A stretch of 64,000 nt of DNA from an uncultured Clostridia bacterium (GTDB lineage Bacteria > Bacillota > Clostridia > Christensenellales > UBA1242): assembly GCA_944349925.1 (NCBI GenBank), contig CALVNT010000022.1, forward strand, positions 10,720-74,719, in the 5' to 3' direction. The translations under genes were made by a program, and so were the position numbers. Below, one piece after another: positions 28,541-38,657 of this stretch (within the stretch, counting starts at the first letter, position 1; the number at the start of each line of letters is the position of its first letter). Under the pieces are notes generated by a model that worked only from the letters and a program-made list of their open reading frames with translations, made no database searches and was not told where the DNA came from.

Positions 28541-29488
28541 TCATTTTTTATTTGCAATCATTCTTAACATTTTTAAAAATCCAATTTGTTGACTAGAGCC
28601 TAGCATTTCATCTTCATATAATTTTAAACTCAAATCGTTAATAGATTTAAAATTATTTATAGGCTTTAGTGTTAAATAATTTACAATCTTTATAAATGTA
28701 TTGTATATATTTTTTTCTTCATACAACACATCTGGCACATTATATAGAACGCTTTCCATAAAAATTGCATTTGGCATTTCTTGATTAGCATAATAAAATA
28801 ACACATTAAAGATTTTTAAAATTTTGACAAAATTCGGTCCTGCTTCGCATATTTTTTCGTGGAGACATCTTAGTCTACATGAAAAATCTAATTTTTTATA
28901 ACCTTTCTTTTTGCTTATAAAAAACTTAAAACATTCATTCGAATAAAAACAGATTTCTATTTTTATTTTTGTATTTAAGCCAAAATCATCTTTACCAACA
29001 ATATAAATTATATTATCTTCTTGAGAAATTATTGAAGTTTCAGAAAGATATTGCCTTATAGATTCAAATAAATCATCTAATAAATTGTATAAATTATACT
29101 TACTTATATCTAAATCTATCTTTTTTTCTTTCTCTATTTTTTTCTTTTTCTTTTTTCTACGATTTTGCCAAGCATATTTTAATCTTTTTTTTAAATTTCT
29201 CCAAAAAGTATTTATTTTTGCAGTATTTAGCTCTAACTGAGCATTTTCAACTCCCAACAAAAAATGAAAAACACTGTTGTCCGTGACAGCACCAGATAAT
29301 GTTTCATTACAAGGTTGCAACACAACATTTTTTGTACTAATATAAGGAATCTGCTTTGACAATAATTCTATTGAATTTGTAAGAATAACAGAAATTTTTT
29401 CATTCACTTTGTCAAAATAAGCTTTATTGTTTTCTTTAGCTATTCCTTCAATCAATGATTTATCGACAACAATATTTGCCATATTCAC
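28541..29488 (-). CDS. Hypothetical protein with distant, apparently degenerate Pol-beta/OAS/CD-NTase-like nucleotidyltransferase fold (by-eye assignment)
   Basis: It starts 3 nt after the serS stop. VVLQPCNETLSGAVTDNSVFHFLLGV aligns in pattern with the G[GS]-x-DxD strand region, but the acidic residues are absent. A late FMESVLYNVPDVLY motif is typical of these NTase folds. There is a poly-Lys insert, NRRKKKKKKIEKEKK. Confidence 0.45.
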   Translation of the reverse strand: MNMANIVVDKSLIEGIAKENNKAYFDKVNEKISVILTNSIELLSKQIPYISTKNVVLQPCNETLSGAVTDNSVFHFLLGVENAQLELNTAKINTFWRNLKKRLKYAWQNRRKKKKKKIEKEKKIDLDISKYNLYNLLDDLFESIRQYLSETSIISQEDNIIYIVGKDDFGLNTKIKIEICFYSNECFKFFISKKKGYKKLDFSCRLRCLHEKICEAGPNFVKILKIFNVLFYYANQEMPNAIFMESVLYNVPDVLYEEKNIYNTFIKIVNYLTLKPINNFKSINDLSLKLYEDEMLGSSQQIGFLKMLRMIANKK

Positions 29489-29491
29489 CTT

Positions 29492-30781
29492 TTACTTTTT
29501 AGGATAAATTTTATCTTTTCCACCCATGTAATTTCTTAATACTTGTGGAATATTAACACTGCCATCTGCATTTAAATTGTTTTCTAAAAAAGCAATTAAC
29601 ATTCTTGGAGGTGCAACAACAGTATTATTTAAAGTATGTGCAAATCTCATTCCATCAGCAGTTTTATATCTTATTCCAAGTCTTCTTGCTTGAGCGTCTG
29701 AGAGATTTGAACAAGAGCCAAGTTCACCAAAATAGCGATTTTGTCTAGGACTCCAAGCATTTAAGTCGCATGATTTGACTTTTAAATCAGCCAAATCTCC
29801 ACTGCAACATTCCATTACTTCATGCGGAATGTCTAAACTTTTGAAAAACTCAGAAGAAATCTGCCACATTTTTTTATACCATGACATACTATCTTCAGGT
29901 TTGCAAATTACAATCATTTCTTGTTTTTCAAATTGATGAACTCGATAAATTCCTCTTTCTTCAATTCCATGAGCACCTACTTCTTTTCTAAAACAAGGCG
30001 AATATGAAGTCAACATTAAAGGCAAATCTTCTTCTTTTAGTATTGTATCTTTAAATCTACCGATCATAGAGTGTTCGCTCGTGCCAATAAGATATAAATC
30101 TTCTCCTTCGATTTTGTACATCATATTTTCCATTTCTTTGAAACTCATCACGCCATTAACTACATCACTTCTAATCATAAATGGCGGGATACAATAAGTA
30201 AAACCTTTGTCTATCATAAAATCTCTTGCATATGACAAAATCGCAGAATGTAGCCTAGCGATATCTCCAGTTAAGTAATAAAAACCATTTCCACTCGTTC
30301 TTCTAGCACTGTCTAGGTCAAGCCCGTTTAAACTTTCAAGTATGTCTGCATGATATGGAATCTCAAAATCAGCCTTTTTTGCTTCGCCTACAGTAAGCCT
30401 TTGAACATTTTCACTGTCATCTTTACCAATAGGCACATCGTCAGCAATAATATTTGGAATCGACATCATATATTTTTTTAACTGAGAGGACAGTTCTTCT
30501 TCTTCTTTATCAATTTTTTCAAGTCTTTCGTTAATTTTAACTACTTCGGCTTTGATTAAATTTGCATCTTCGACTTTTTTCTCTCGCATGCACAAACCTA
30601 TTTTTGAACTTTTAGCATTTCTTTCAGCACGCAGTGAATCACCTTCTTTTTTCAAATTACGAATCTGGTTATCCAATTTTATTACTTCATCTACGTACTC
30701 TAGTTTATGGTCCTGAAACTTTTTTCTAATATTTTTTTTGACAAGCTCAGGATTAGTTCTAATTAAATTTATATCTATCAT
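29492..30781 (-). CDS. serS: Seryl-tRNA synthetase
   Basis: ATG 30781 follows GAGG. N-terminal coiled coil MIDINLIRTNPELV, FRKEVGAHG (motif 2) and TLNNTVVAPPRMLIAFLEN (motif 3). Confidence 0.96.
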   Translation of the reverse strand: MIDINLIRTNPELVKKNIRKKFQDHKLEYVDEVIKLDNQIRNLKKEGDSLRAERNAKSSKIGLCMREKKVEDANLIKAEVVKINERLEKIDKEEEELSSQLKKYMMSIPNIIADDVPIGKDDSENVQRLTVGEAKKADFEIPYHADILESLNGLDLDSARRTSGNGFYYLTGDIARLHSAILSYARDFMIDKGFTYCIPPFMIRSDVVNGVMSFKEMENMMYKIEGEDLYLIGTSEHSMIGRFKDTILKEEDLPLMLTSYSPCFRKEVGAHGIEERGIYRVHQFEKQEMIVICKPEDSMSWYKKMWQISSEFFKSLDIPHEVMECCSGDLADLKVKSCDLNAWSPRQNRYFGELGSCSNLSDAQARRLGIRYKTADGMRFAHTLNNTVVAPPRMLIAFLENNLNADGSVNIPQVLRNYMGGKDKIYPKK

Positions 30782-30807
30782 TTTACGCCTCACTTTTTGT
30801 TAACAAT

Positions 30808-30836
30808 AATATACCTTTTTTTTCAAAATTAGTCAA
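30808..30836 (-). promoter_or_regulatory. Candidate sigma-A promoter of serS (short leader, no T-box)
   Basis: On the minus strand: TTGACT (30836-30831), 17-nt spacer, TATATT (30813-30808). That leaves only about 20 nt of leader before the RBS. Confidence 0.5.
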
Positions 30837-30949
30837 TCAATAAAGACTAAAAAATAAAATTTATACTCAAAAAGTGGTTTAATAAAAACAAAAAATACAT
30901 ATCTAGTAATTATTATGCAAAATTAACTACAAAATAAAGTAATATGAGA

Positions 30950-30970
30950 TTTTACGCATAGATTAAAAAA
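30950..30970. repeat. Third copy of the palindrome arm (inverted relative to 28320-28340)
   Basis: TTTTACGCATAGATTAAAAAA matches the reverse complement of 28320-28340 at 20/21 positions, with the first 16 identical. It ends 4 nt before the -35 of the recombinase promoter. Confidence 0.8.
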
Positions 30971-30974
30971 TGAT

Positions 30975-31003
30975 TTGCAAATTTGTTTTAAATTTGTTAT
31001 AAT
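30975..31003 (+). promoter_or_regulatory. Near-consensus sigma-A promoter of the recombinase gene
   Basis: TTGCAA (30975-30980), 17-nt spacer, TATAAT (30998-31003). The ATG at 31011 is only 7 nt downstream and has no SD. Confidence 0.6.
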
Positions 31004-31010
31004 AAAAATT

Positions 31011-32066
31011 ATGGATAAATTAACTTATTATCAAAAAAGAGATTTAAAAAATCGAATGAAGATGAGCAACTATTTGCAATCACTCCCCGCTTATTGCTTA
31101 GATTATTTTATAGGGATTGAAAATAACACATCTTCTTTGACAAGATATAACTATGCAATGGATTTAAATGTCTTTTTTGATTATCTTTCCAAATATAAAT
31201 TTAAAAAAGACAAGCATGACATATTACTCAGCGAGTTAGATAGCTTAAAATCGCGTGATATTGAGCAGTTTTTATCCTACTTAAGTTATTATAGTGGCGA
31301 AAATGATAAGATTAGTCAAAATAAAGAACGCGGAAAAGCTAGAAAACTCGCTTCTTTACGAAGTTTTTTCAAATATCTTTTTAATCACGACCTTTTACAA
31401 TCGAATGTGGCAAGCAAAATAGAAACACCAAAACTTCACAATAAAGAAATTATAAGACTTGAAGAAGACGAGGTTTCTAAAATGTTAAATGCCATCGAAA
31501 ACCCATCAGAATTTACTCAAAAACAAAAATCTTACAACAAACACACCTTTGAGCGAGATAACGCCATTGTAACCCTATTTTTAGGCACAGGCATAAGAAT
31601 TTCAGAACTTGTAGGACTTGATGTTGACAATTTTGATTTTAAAGAAAATGCTTTTGTTGCAACACGCAAAGGCGGAAATAAATCTGTGTTATATTTCTCA
31701 AATGAAGTGGCAATGGCTTTAAAAACTTGGCTTGAAAAAAGAGCAACATTAAATCTTCCACAAGAGGAAAAAGCAATGTTTATTTCTCTTCAAAATAAAC
31801 GCATTTCAGTAAGAGCGGTAGAAAATTTAGTAAAAAAATTTGCACAAATAGCATCTCCATTAAAAAAAATAAGTCCTCATAAATTAAGAAGTACATTTGG
31901 TACAAACCTTTATAGAAAAACAAAAGATATTTACATTGTAGCAGACGTTTTAGGTCATAAAGATGTTAACACAACCAAGAAACATTACGCAGCAATCAAT
32001 GAAGATATGCGAAAAAGCGTCGCAAATGTATTGCAATTAAGACAGGAAAATAATGAAAGTCAATAA
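31011..32066 (+). CDS. Tyrosine site-specific recombinase (XerC/XerD / phage-integrase family)
   Basis: Catalytic signature GTGIRISEL (Arg), PHKLRSTFGT (His-x-x-Arg), LGHKDVNTTKKHY (His...Tyr); N-terminal SAM-like core-binding domain. The TTG 30975 in the ORF track is the -35 hexamer, so I call ATG 31011. Confidence 0.88.
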   Translation: MDKLTYYQKRDLKNRMKMSNYLQSLPAYCLDYFIGIENNTSSLTRYNYAMDLNVFFDYLSKYKFKKDKHDILLSELDSLKSRDIEQFLSYLSYYSGENDKISQNKERGKARKLASLRSFFKYLFNHDLLQSNVASKIETPKLHNKEIIRLEEDEVSKMLNAIENPSEFTQKQKSYNKHTFERDNAIVTLFLGTGIRISELVGLDVDNFDFKENAFVATRKGGNKSVLYFSNEVAMALKTWLEKRATLNLPQEEKAMFISLQNKRISVRAVENLVKKFAQIASPLKKISPHKLRSTFGTNLYRKTKDIYIVADVLGHKDVNTTKKHYAAINEDMRKSVANVLQLRQENNESQ

Positions 32067-32126
32067 GTATGTATAAAAAAGCAAAATAAACATATCATAA
32101 TATTGTGAAGGAAATATGCTTCACGT

Positions 32127-32167
32127 AAAAGAAGAAGATTTGCGTATTTGTAAATCTTCTTTTTTTG
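32127..32167 (+). terminator. Rho-independent terminator after the recombinase gene
   Basis: GAAGATTT / AAATCTTC stem extended by A/T pairs, 10-nt loop, T-run to 32167. Confidence 0.65.
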
Positions 32168-32285
32168 TATAAACAATAAACTAAACAAACTTTAAAATAT
32201 AAATTTTATTTTTTGTAAAATTTAATATAAACTAAAGCAAATTAAAATAATCTAATAAAAGTAACTTAAAATAGTAAATGTAAAA

Positions 32286-32355
32286 AAACCGAGAATATTT
32301 TAAAGTGAACATCTTAAAATTGTGTAACTTTTAGAGTTTACCCTATTCTCGGTTT
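32286..32355 (-). terminator. Terminator-like hairpin downstream of rny
   Basis: On the minus strand, AACCGAGAATA ... TATTCTCGGTT (11-bp stem with a large loop of about 46 nt) is followed by T7. Confidence 0.5.
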
Positions 32356-32366
32356 ATCATTTTAAA

Positions 32367-33959
32367 TTATTTTGCTGTATCGGAGAATCGAGATTCTCTA
32401 ATAACATTAACTTTTATTTGTCCTGGATACTGCATTTGGTTTTCAATTCTTTTTGCAATATCTTTTGCCATAAACATTGCATCATTATCGCTTATTTCTT
32501 CTGGTTTAACCATTATTCTAACTTCTCTGCCCGCTTGAATTGCATAAGATTTTTCCACACCTCTAAAGCTGTTACAAATTTCTTCCAACTGCTCAAGACG
32601 TTTAATATAATTTTCAAAACTTTCGCGCCTAGCTCCCGGTCTCGTACTAGAAATCGCATCAGCTACTTGAACAATGATTGCTTCAATACTATGGAAAGGC
32701 ACATTTCCATGATGAGCTTCTATACAGTGAATAACAGCTTCGCTTTCTTTATATTTTTTAGCAAGGTCAACACCAATAGACACATGAGTGCCTTCTATTT
32801 CATGGTCAAGTGCTTTACCAATATCATGCAATAATCCACCTCTTTTTGCAACAAGGACATTTGCACCGATTTCGGTAGCAATAAGGCCTGCAATAATAGA
32901 GGTCTCAACACTATGTTTCAAACAATTTTGTCCGTAACTAGTTCTGAATTTAAGTCTACCTAAAACTTTTACAAGCTCTGGATTAAGATTATAAATTTGG
33001 ACTTCGTTGCAAGCATTTTCTCCAGCTTCTTTAACAGCATTTTCAACTTCGATTGTTGATTTTTCAACAATTTCTTCAATTCGAGCAGGATGAATTCTTC
33101 CATCTACAATAAGTTTTTCAAGCGAAAGGCGAGCAATTTCTCTTCTAAATGGATCAAAACTAGAAATAGTGATACTTTCCGGAGTATCATCAACTATAAG
33201 TTCAACTCCTGTAGCACTTTCTATTGAGCGAATATTTCTCCCCTCTCTGCCTATAATTCTACCTTTCATTTCATCATTAGGTAAAGCAACAGAAGTTACC
33301 GTCATTTCGCTAGAAAGATCAGTTGCGCATCTTTGAATTGCTCCAACTACTATTTCTTTTGCTTTTTTCTCAGCATTTTCTTTAGCTTCATCTTCAATTT
33401 TCTTCACTAAAATACCGGCATCTTTTTTCGCTTCATCAGTTATGCTTTCGATTAAGATATCTTTGGCTTCATTTTTTGTCAACCCAGAGATTTTTTCCAA
33501 TTTTTCGAGCATTTGATTTTTAATCTCTTCCTGCTCATTTAATTTTTCAGTTAATTTATTTTTTTCATTTTCCAATTTTTGTTTATCATTTTCAAGTTGT
33601 TCGGATTTTGTGTCTATAAGTTGTTCTTTTTTTGTGATGTATTCTTCTCTTTGATCTAGTCTCTCTTCTTGTTTTTGAAGCTCTACCCGTCTTTCTTTTG
33701 CTTCATTATTTGCCTCATCACGAATTTTTTGAGCTTCTTCTTTTGCTTCTAAAATTGATTCTTTTTTAACACTTTTTGCTTCCGCATAGGCATCTTCAAT
33801 AATTTTAACTGCATTTGATTTGTTTTTATTTATTTTTTTGTCAATAACAAATTTGTATACAAAAATGCCGATAACAACGCCTAAAATAAGGGCGACTAAA
33901 CCAGCAACAATACCAGCGGTTGCAACAGCGTCACATAACATACTAACACTGTTGATCAT
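32367..33959 (-). CDS. rny: Ribonuclease Y
   Basis: N-terminal TM helix, long coiled coil, KH domain ([15 protein letters not shown]) and HD domain (LLHDIGKA...EAHHG). Confidence 0.96.
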   Translation of the reverse strand: MINSVSMLCDAVATAGIVAGLVALILGVVIGIFVYKFVIDKKINKNKSNAVKIIEDAYAEAKSVKKESILEAKEEAQKIRDEANNEAKERRVELQKQEERLDQREEYITKKEQLIDTKSEQLENDKQKLENEKNKLTEKLNEQEEIKNQMLEKLEKISGLTKNEAKDILIESITDEAKKDAGILVKKIEDEAKENAEKKAKEIVVGAIQRCATDLSSEMTVTSVALPNDEMKGRIIGREGRNIRSIESATGVELIVDDTPESITISSFDPFRREIARLSLEKLIVDGRIHPARIEEIVEKSTIEVENAVKEAGENACNEVQIYNLNPELVKVLGRLKFRTSYGQNCLKHSVETSIIAGLIATEIGANVLVAKRGGLLHDIGKALDHEIEGTHVSIGVDLAKKYKESEAVIHCIEAHHGNVPFHSIEAIIVQVADAISSTRPGARRESFENYIKRLEQLEEICNSFRGVEKSYAIQAGREVRIMVKPEEISDNDAMFMAKDIAKRIENQMQYPGQIKVNVIRESRFSDTAK

Positions 33960-34151
33960 AATTTAAATATTCCCCTTTTAAAAATTTGGTAACTTCTAAA
34001 ATAATGTTGACATCTCTTTTAATTTCAATGTCTAAAAAATGTTTAATTTTTAATATTCAAAAGTTGATGACAACTTTAATTTTTCAATATACCTAATTTA
34101 ATTATAACTACAATTTTTACACAAGTCAAACAAATAGGAAAAGAAATAAAA

Positions 34152-34183
34152 AAAACTTTGCAAGTTTCTTGACGCAAAGTTTT
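34152..34183. terminator. Bidirectional rho-independent terminator (downstream of tgt)
   Basis: AAAACTTTGC (34152-34161) / GCAAAGTTTT (34174-34183), flanked by A- and T-runs. Confidence 0.7.
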
Positions 34184-34208
34184 TTAAAATTATTATTTAT
34201 ATTTTATA

Positions 34209-35372
<1,164 letters not shown>

Positions 35373-35396
35373 CTACAATATATAGTATTATGCGTT

Positions 35397-36443
35397 TTAA
35401 TAAATAAACATCGCGTCTCCAAAAGAAAAAAATCTATATTTTTTCTCAACTGCCGTTTTATAAATTTGCATAGTTTCGTCATATCCAGCAAAAGCAGAGA
35501 CCAACATAATCAAAGTGCTTTCTGGCAAATGAAAATTTGTTATTAAAGCATCTACCACTTTAAATTTATAAGATGGATAAATAAAAATATCTGTTTCTTT
35601 TTTTTGTGCAACTATTTTCCCATTTTCGTCTGCGCAACTTTCCAGAACTCTTACACTTGTTGTTCCGACCGCAATAATTCTTCTACCCTCTTTTTTTGCT
35701 TTATTTATAATTTCTGCATTTTCTTCAGTCATCTCAATATGTTCGCTATGCATTTTGTGATTTAGAATATCTTCTTCTTTTACCGGCCTAAATGTTCCTA
35801 ATCCTACATGCAATAAAACCTCTACAATTTGCACTCCTTTTTCTTTCAGTTTAGAAATAAGAGCTTGTGTAAAATGAAGACCTGCAGTAGGTGCAGCAGA
35901 AGAGCCTTCAATTTTTGCATAAACCGTTTGATACCTTTCTTTATCAGCAAGTTTTTTGTGAATATATGGAGGAAGCGGAACTTGCCCAACTTCACTTAAT
36001 CTATGTTCAAAAACTCCATCAAATTCAAATTTAATCTTACAACTTCCATATTCAAATTTTTCAACTATTTCACAACTTAGATTTTCACTAAAATGAAGAA
36101 TTGTACCAACTTTCAACCTTTTAAACGGCCTTGCAATAACTTCCCAAGTTTTCAAATCTATTCGTTTTTGCAACAGTACTTCTATTTTTGCCCCAGTGTC
36201 TTTGTAGCCAAAAAGCCTTGCAGGCAAAACTCTAGTATTATTTACAACTAAAACATCGCCCTTTCTTAAGTAATCTATAATATCATAGAAATGCTTATGC
36301 TCAATTTTTTTATTAGCACGGCAAAAAACAAGTAGTGCCGAACTATCACGCGGTTCTATTGGTGTCTGGGCAATCAATTCTTCTGGCAAACCATAGTAAT
36401 AACTAGATTTTTTAAATAAATCTTTATTTTCGATATTTGACAT
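35397..36443 (-). CDS. queA: S-adenosylmethionine:tRNA ribosyltransferase-isomerase
   Basis: YYYGLPEELIAQTPIEPRDSS, TVYAKIEGSSAAPTAGLHFT and AVGTTSVRVLES. Confidence 0.96.
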   Translation of the reverse strand: MSNIENKDLFKKSSYYYGLPEELIAQTPIEPRDSSALLVFCRANKKIEHKHFYDIIDYLRKGDVLVVNNTRVLPARLFGYKDTGAKIEVLLQKRIDLKTWEVIARPFKRLKVGTILHFSENLSCEIVEKFEYGSCKIKFEFDGVFEHRLSEVGQVPLPPYIHKKLADKERYQTVYAKIEGSSAAPTAGLHFTQALISKLKEKGVQIVEVLLHVGLGTFRPVKEEDILNHKMHSEHIEMTEENAEIINKAKKEGRRIIAVGTTSVRVLESCADENGKIVAQKKETDIFIYPSYKFKVVDALITNFHLPESTLIMLVSAFAGYDETMQIYKTAVEKKYRFFSFGDAMFIY

Positions 36444-36452
36444 TTTTTCATC

Positions 36453-37457
36453 CTATTTGTTTTGAGTCAATCCAAAGTGTTTATATGCACTTTCCATAAC
36501 CACTCTACCCCTTGGGGTCCTTGAAATAAATCCTAGTTGCAATAGATATGGTTCATAAACATCTTCGATTGTTGTGGCATCTTCACTTATCGTAGCAGCC
36601 AAAGTATCAAGCCCTACCGGCCCACCGCCAAACTTGGTTATCATTGTTGTTAAAATTTTTCTATCGATAGTGTCTAGCCCCAAATCATCAATTTCCATAA
36701 CTTGCAAAGTTTTATTGGCTATTTCTTTGCTAACATGCCCTTCGCCAACAACCTGAGCATAATCACGGACTCTTTTTAGCAGTCTATTAGCGATTCGAGG
36801 GGTTCCACGAGAGCGTTTTGCTATTTCTATAGCCGCATCTTCATCGATTTTAACTCCCAAAATCTTGGCGGACCTTTTTATAATTATTGTCAGTTCTTCC
36901 GTGGAGTACAATTCTAGTCTACATATAACCCCAAATCTATCACGGAGAGGGTTTGTAAGCATTCCCGCTCTGGTGGTTGCACCAATTAAAGTAAAAGGTT
37001 TTATTTTAAGCCTCATATTTCTAGCAGATGGACCCTTTCCAACAATAAAATCTAAAGCAAAATCTTCCATAGCTGGATACAAAATTTCTTCCACCGTTTT
37101 GTTTAAACGATGAATCTCATCTATAAAAAGAACATCATTTTGATTTAAATTTGTCAAAATAGCCGCAAGATCCGCAGCATGCTCTATAGCTGGCCCTGAA
37201 GTAACTTTGAATTGTGAACCAAGTTCATTTGCTATAATGTGAGATAGTGTGGTTTTGCCAAGCCCCGGAGGTCCATATAGCAAAACATGATCCAGACTTT
37301 CTTTTCGTGATTTTGCCGCCTGAATATAAACTTTTAAAGATTCCTTTACTTTAGCCTGACCAATATAATCATCTAAAGAATTTGGTCTCAACGAATTTTC
37401 TATCTCGGCGTCAGTCATATTTTTTGTGCTTTGCACAAACCTTTCTTCTTCGTTCAA
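36453..37457 (-). CDS. ruvB: Holliday junction branch migration helicase RuvB
   Basis: [12 protein letters not shown], Walker [19 protein letters not shown] and a sensor region. Confidence 0.97.
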   Translation of the reverse strand: MNEEERFVQSTKNMTDAEIENSLRPNSLDDYIGQAKVKESLKVYIQAAKSRKESLDHVLLYGPPGLGKTTLSHIIANELGSQFKVTSGPAIEHAADLAAILTNLNQNDVLFIDEIHRLNKTVEEILYPAMEDFALDFIVGKGPSARNMRLKIKPFTLIGATTRAGMLTNPLRDRFGVICRLELYSTEELTIIIKRSAKILGVKIDEDAAIEIAKRSRGTPRIANRLLKRVRDYAQVVGEGHVSKEIANKTLQVMEIDDLGLDTIDRKILTTMITKFGGGPVGLDTLAATISEDATTIEDVYEPYLLQLGFISRTPRGRVVMESAYKHFGLTQNK

Positions 37458-38044
37458 CCTTTATACCCCCTTAAAGCCTTAGAAATAATTTCTTCAGCAG
37501 TCGCATTATTTTGAGCATTCGCTCTAGCAAGCATATAAGCTTCGTTTTTGTTTACGCCGAGGCTTATCAATGTATCGGTAGCCATTTGAACAGCGTCTTC
37601 ATTATAATCAACATCATATACACTTTGTGAAATCGTTTGCACATTAGACAATTTATCTTTTAGTTCCAAGCAAATTCTTTCGGCAATCTTTTTGCCCAGT
37701 CCCTTTATTTGCGACAACAATTTATAATCCTGTTTAATGATTGCTATAGATAAATCAGACAAGCTAAGACCAGAAAGAATTGTTATAGCCATTTTGGGCC
37801 CTACGCCACTAACAGAAATCAATTTGAAAAACAAATCTCTTTCCTCTTTAGTTAAAAAACCATAAAGAAAAATACCATCTTCGCGAACCGCCATGTATGT
37901 AAATATTTTAACAGTTTCTCCCGTCAAAGGCAATGCAGATAATGTGCTATTTGAAACACAAATATCATAGCCAACGTTATTAACATTTAAAATAAGTTCG
38001 TTTTCATTTTTTTCTTCAATTATACCTATTAAAAAGGATATCAT
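37454..38044 (-). CDS. ruvA: Holliday junction DNA helicase RuvA
   Basis: MISFLIGII... OB domain and HhH motifs [12 protein letters not shown] / [12 protein letters not shown]. Confidence 0.95.
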   Translation of the reverse strand: MISFLIGIIEEKNENELILNVNNVGYDICVSNSTLSALPLTGETVKIFTYMAVREDGIFLYGFLTKEERDLFFKLISVSGVGPKMAITILSGLSLSDLSIAIIKQDYKLLSQIKGLGKKIAERICLELKDKLSNVQTISQSVYDVDYNEDAVQMATDTLISLGVNKNEAYMLARANAQNNATAEEIISKALRGYKG

Positions 38045-38052
38045 AATTACTC

Positions 38053-38541
38053 CTAAATTCGATTATTGTTTAACATCGGACTAGATTGGCTATGGCATAT
38101 TGCTACCGCAAGCGCATCAGCCGCGTCATCAGGTTTAGGAATAGATTCCAGTCCTAAAATAGCCTTAACCATAAACTGCACTTGAGCCTTTTCCGCTCTT
38201 CCTTGACCAGTCAATGCTTGCTTAATTTGAAGCGGGGTATATTCATAGATGTTTCCACAATATTTTTGACAAGCGAGCAATATAACGCCACGAGCTTGAG
38301 CAACTTGAATCACAGTCTTTTGATTTTTAAAATAAAACAGCTCTTCAATCGCAACAACATCAGGCTTAAATTTGTCAAAAAGATATTTTAAACTTTTATC
38401 AATGTTTTCAAGCCTCACTGGCATGCTATCTTCCTTTGGCGTAACTATTGCACCATAATCTACAAGCAAATTGGACTTATTTGTATCAATCACCCCATAA
38501 CCTATAATCGCATATCCCGGGTCTATTCCTAAAACTACCAT
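38053..38541 (-). CDS. ruvC: Crossover junction endodeoxyribonuclease RuvC
   Basis: VLGIDPGYAIIGYGVID, AIEELFYFKNQKT and DAADALAVAICH. Confidence 0.93.
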   Translation of the reverse strand: MVVLGIDPGYAIIGYGVIDTNKSNLLVDYGAIVTPKEDSMPVRLENIDKSLKYLFDKFKPDVVAIEELFYFKNQKTVIQVAQARGVILLACQKYCGNIYEYTPLQIKQALTGQGRAEKAQVQFMVKAILGLESIPKPDDAADALAVAICHSQSSPMLNNNRI

Positions 38542-38657
38542 GAATAAATTTTACAATATTTAGTTGATTAAGTCAAATGTTATGGCAACATTAAATCGGC
38601 TTTTTGTTGATACATCAAAAAATAAGCAACACCCGTTGCCTACTTTTTATTTAATAT

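Noticed and set aside
28541-29488. CBASS-type defence system built around the NTase-like ORF.
   Set aside because: There is no effector gene (phospholipase, TM, nuclease, TIR or similar) and no Cap2/Cap3-like gene next to it. The expected catalytic acidic residues appear to be missing, and the gene is co-transcribed with serS.
30782-30974. T-box leader upstream of serS (also looked for upstream of aspS-asnS and proS).
   Set aside because: The serS leader is only about 20 nt after a good promoter. No GGTGGTACC-type T-box sequence or antiterminator is present. Only pheST (47027-47290) has one.
30975-32066. Prophage or integrative element associated with the tyrosine recombinase.
   Set aside because: No phage, conjugation or cargo genes are adjacent. 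Both flanks are core genes (serS, rny), and no tRNA-borne att duplication was seen. I treat it as a chromosomal Xer-like recombinase with candidate sites (see findings).
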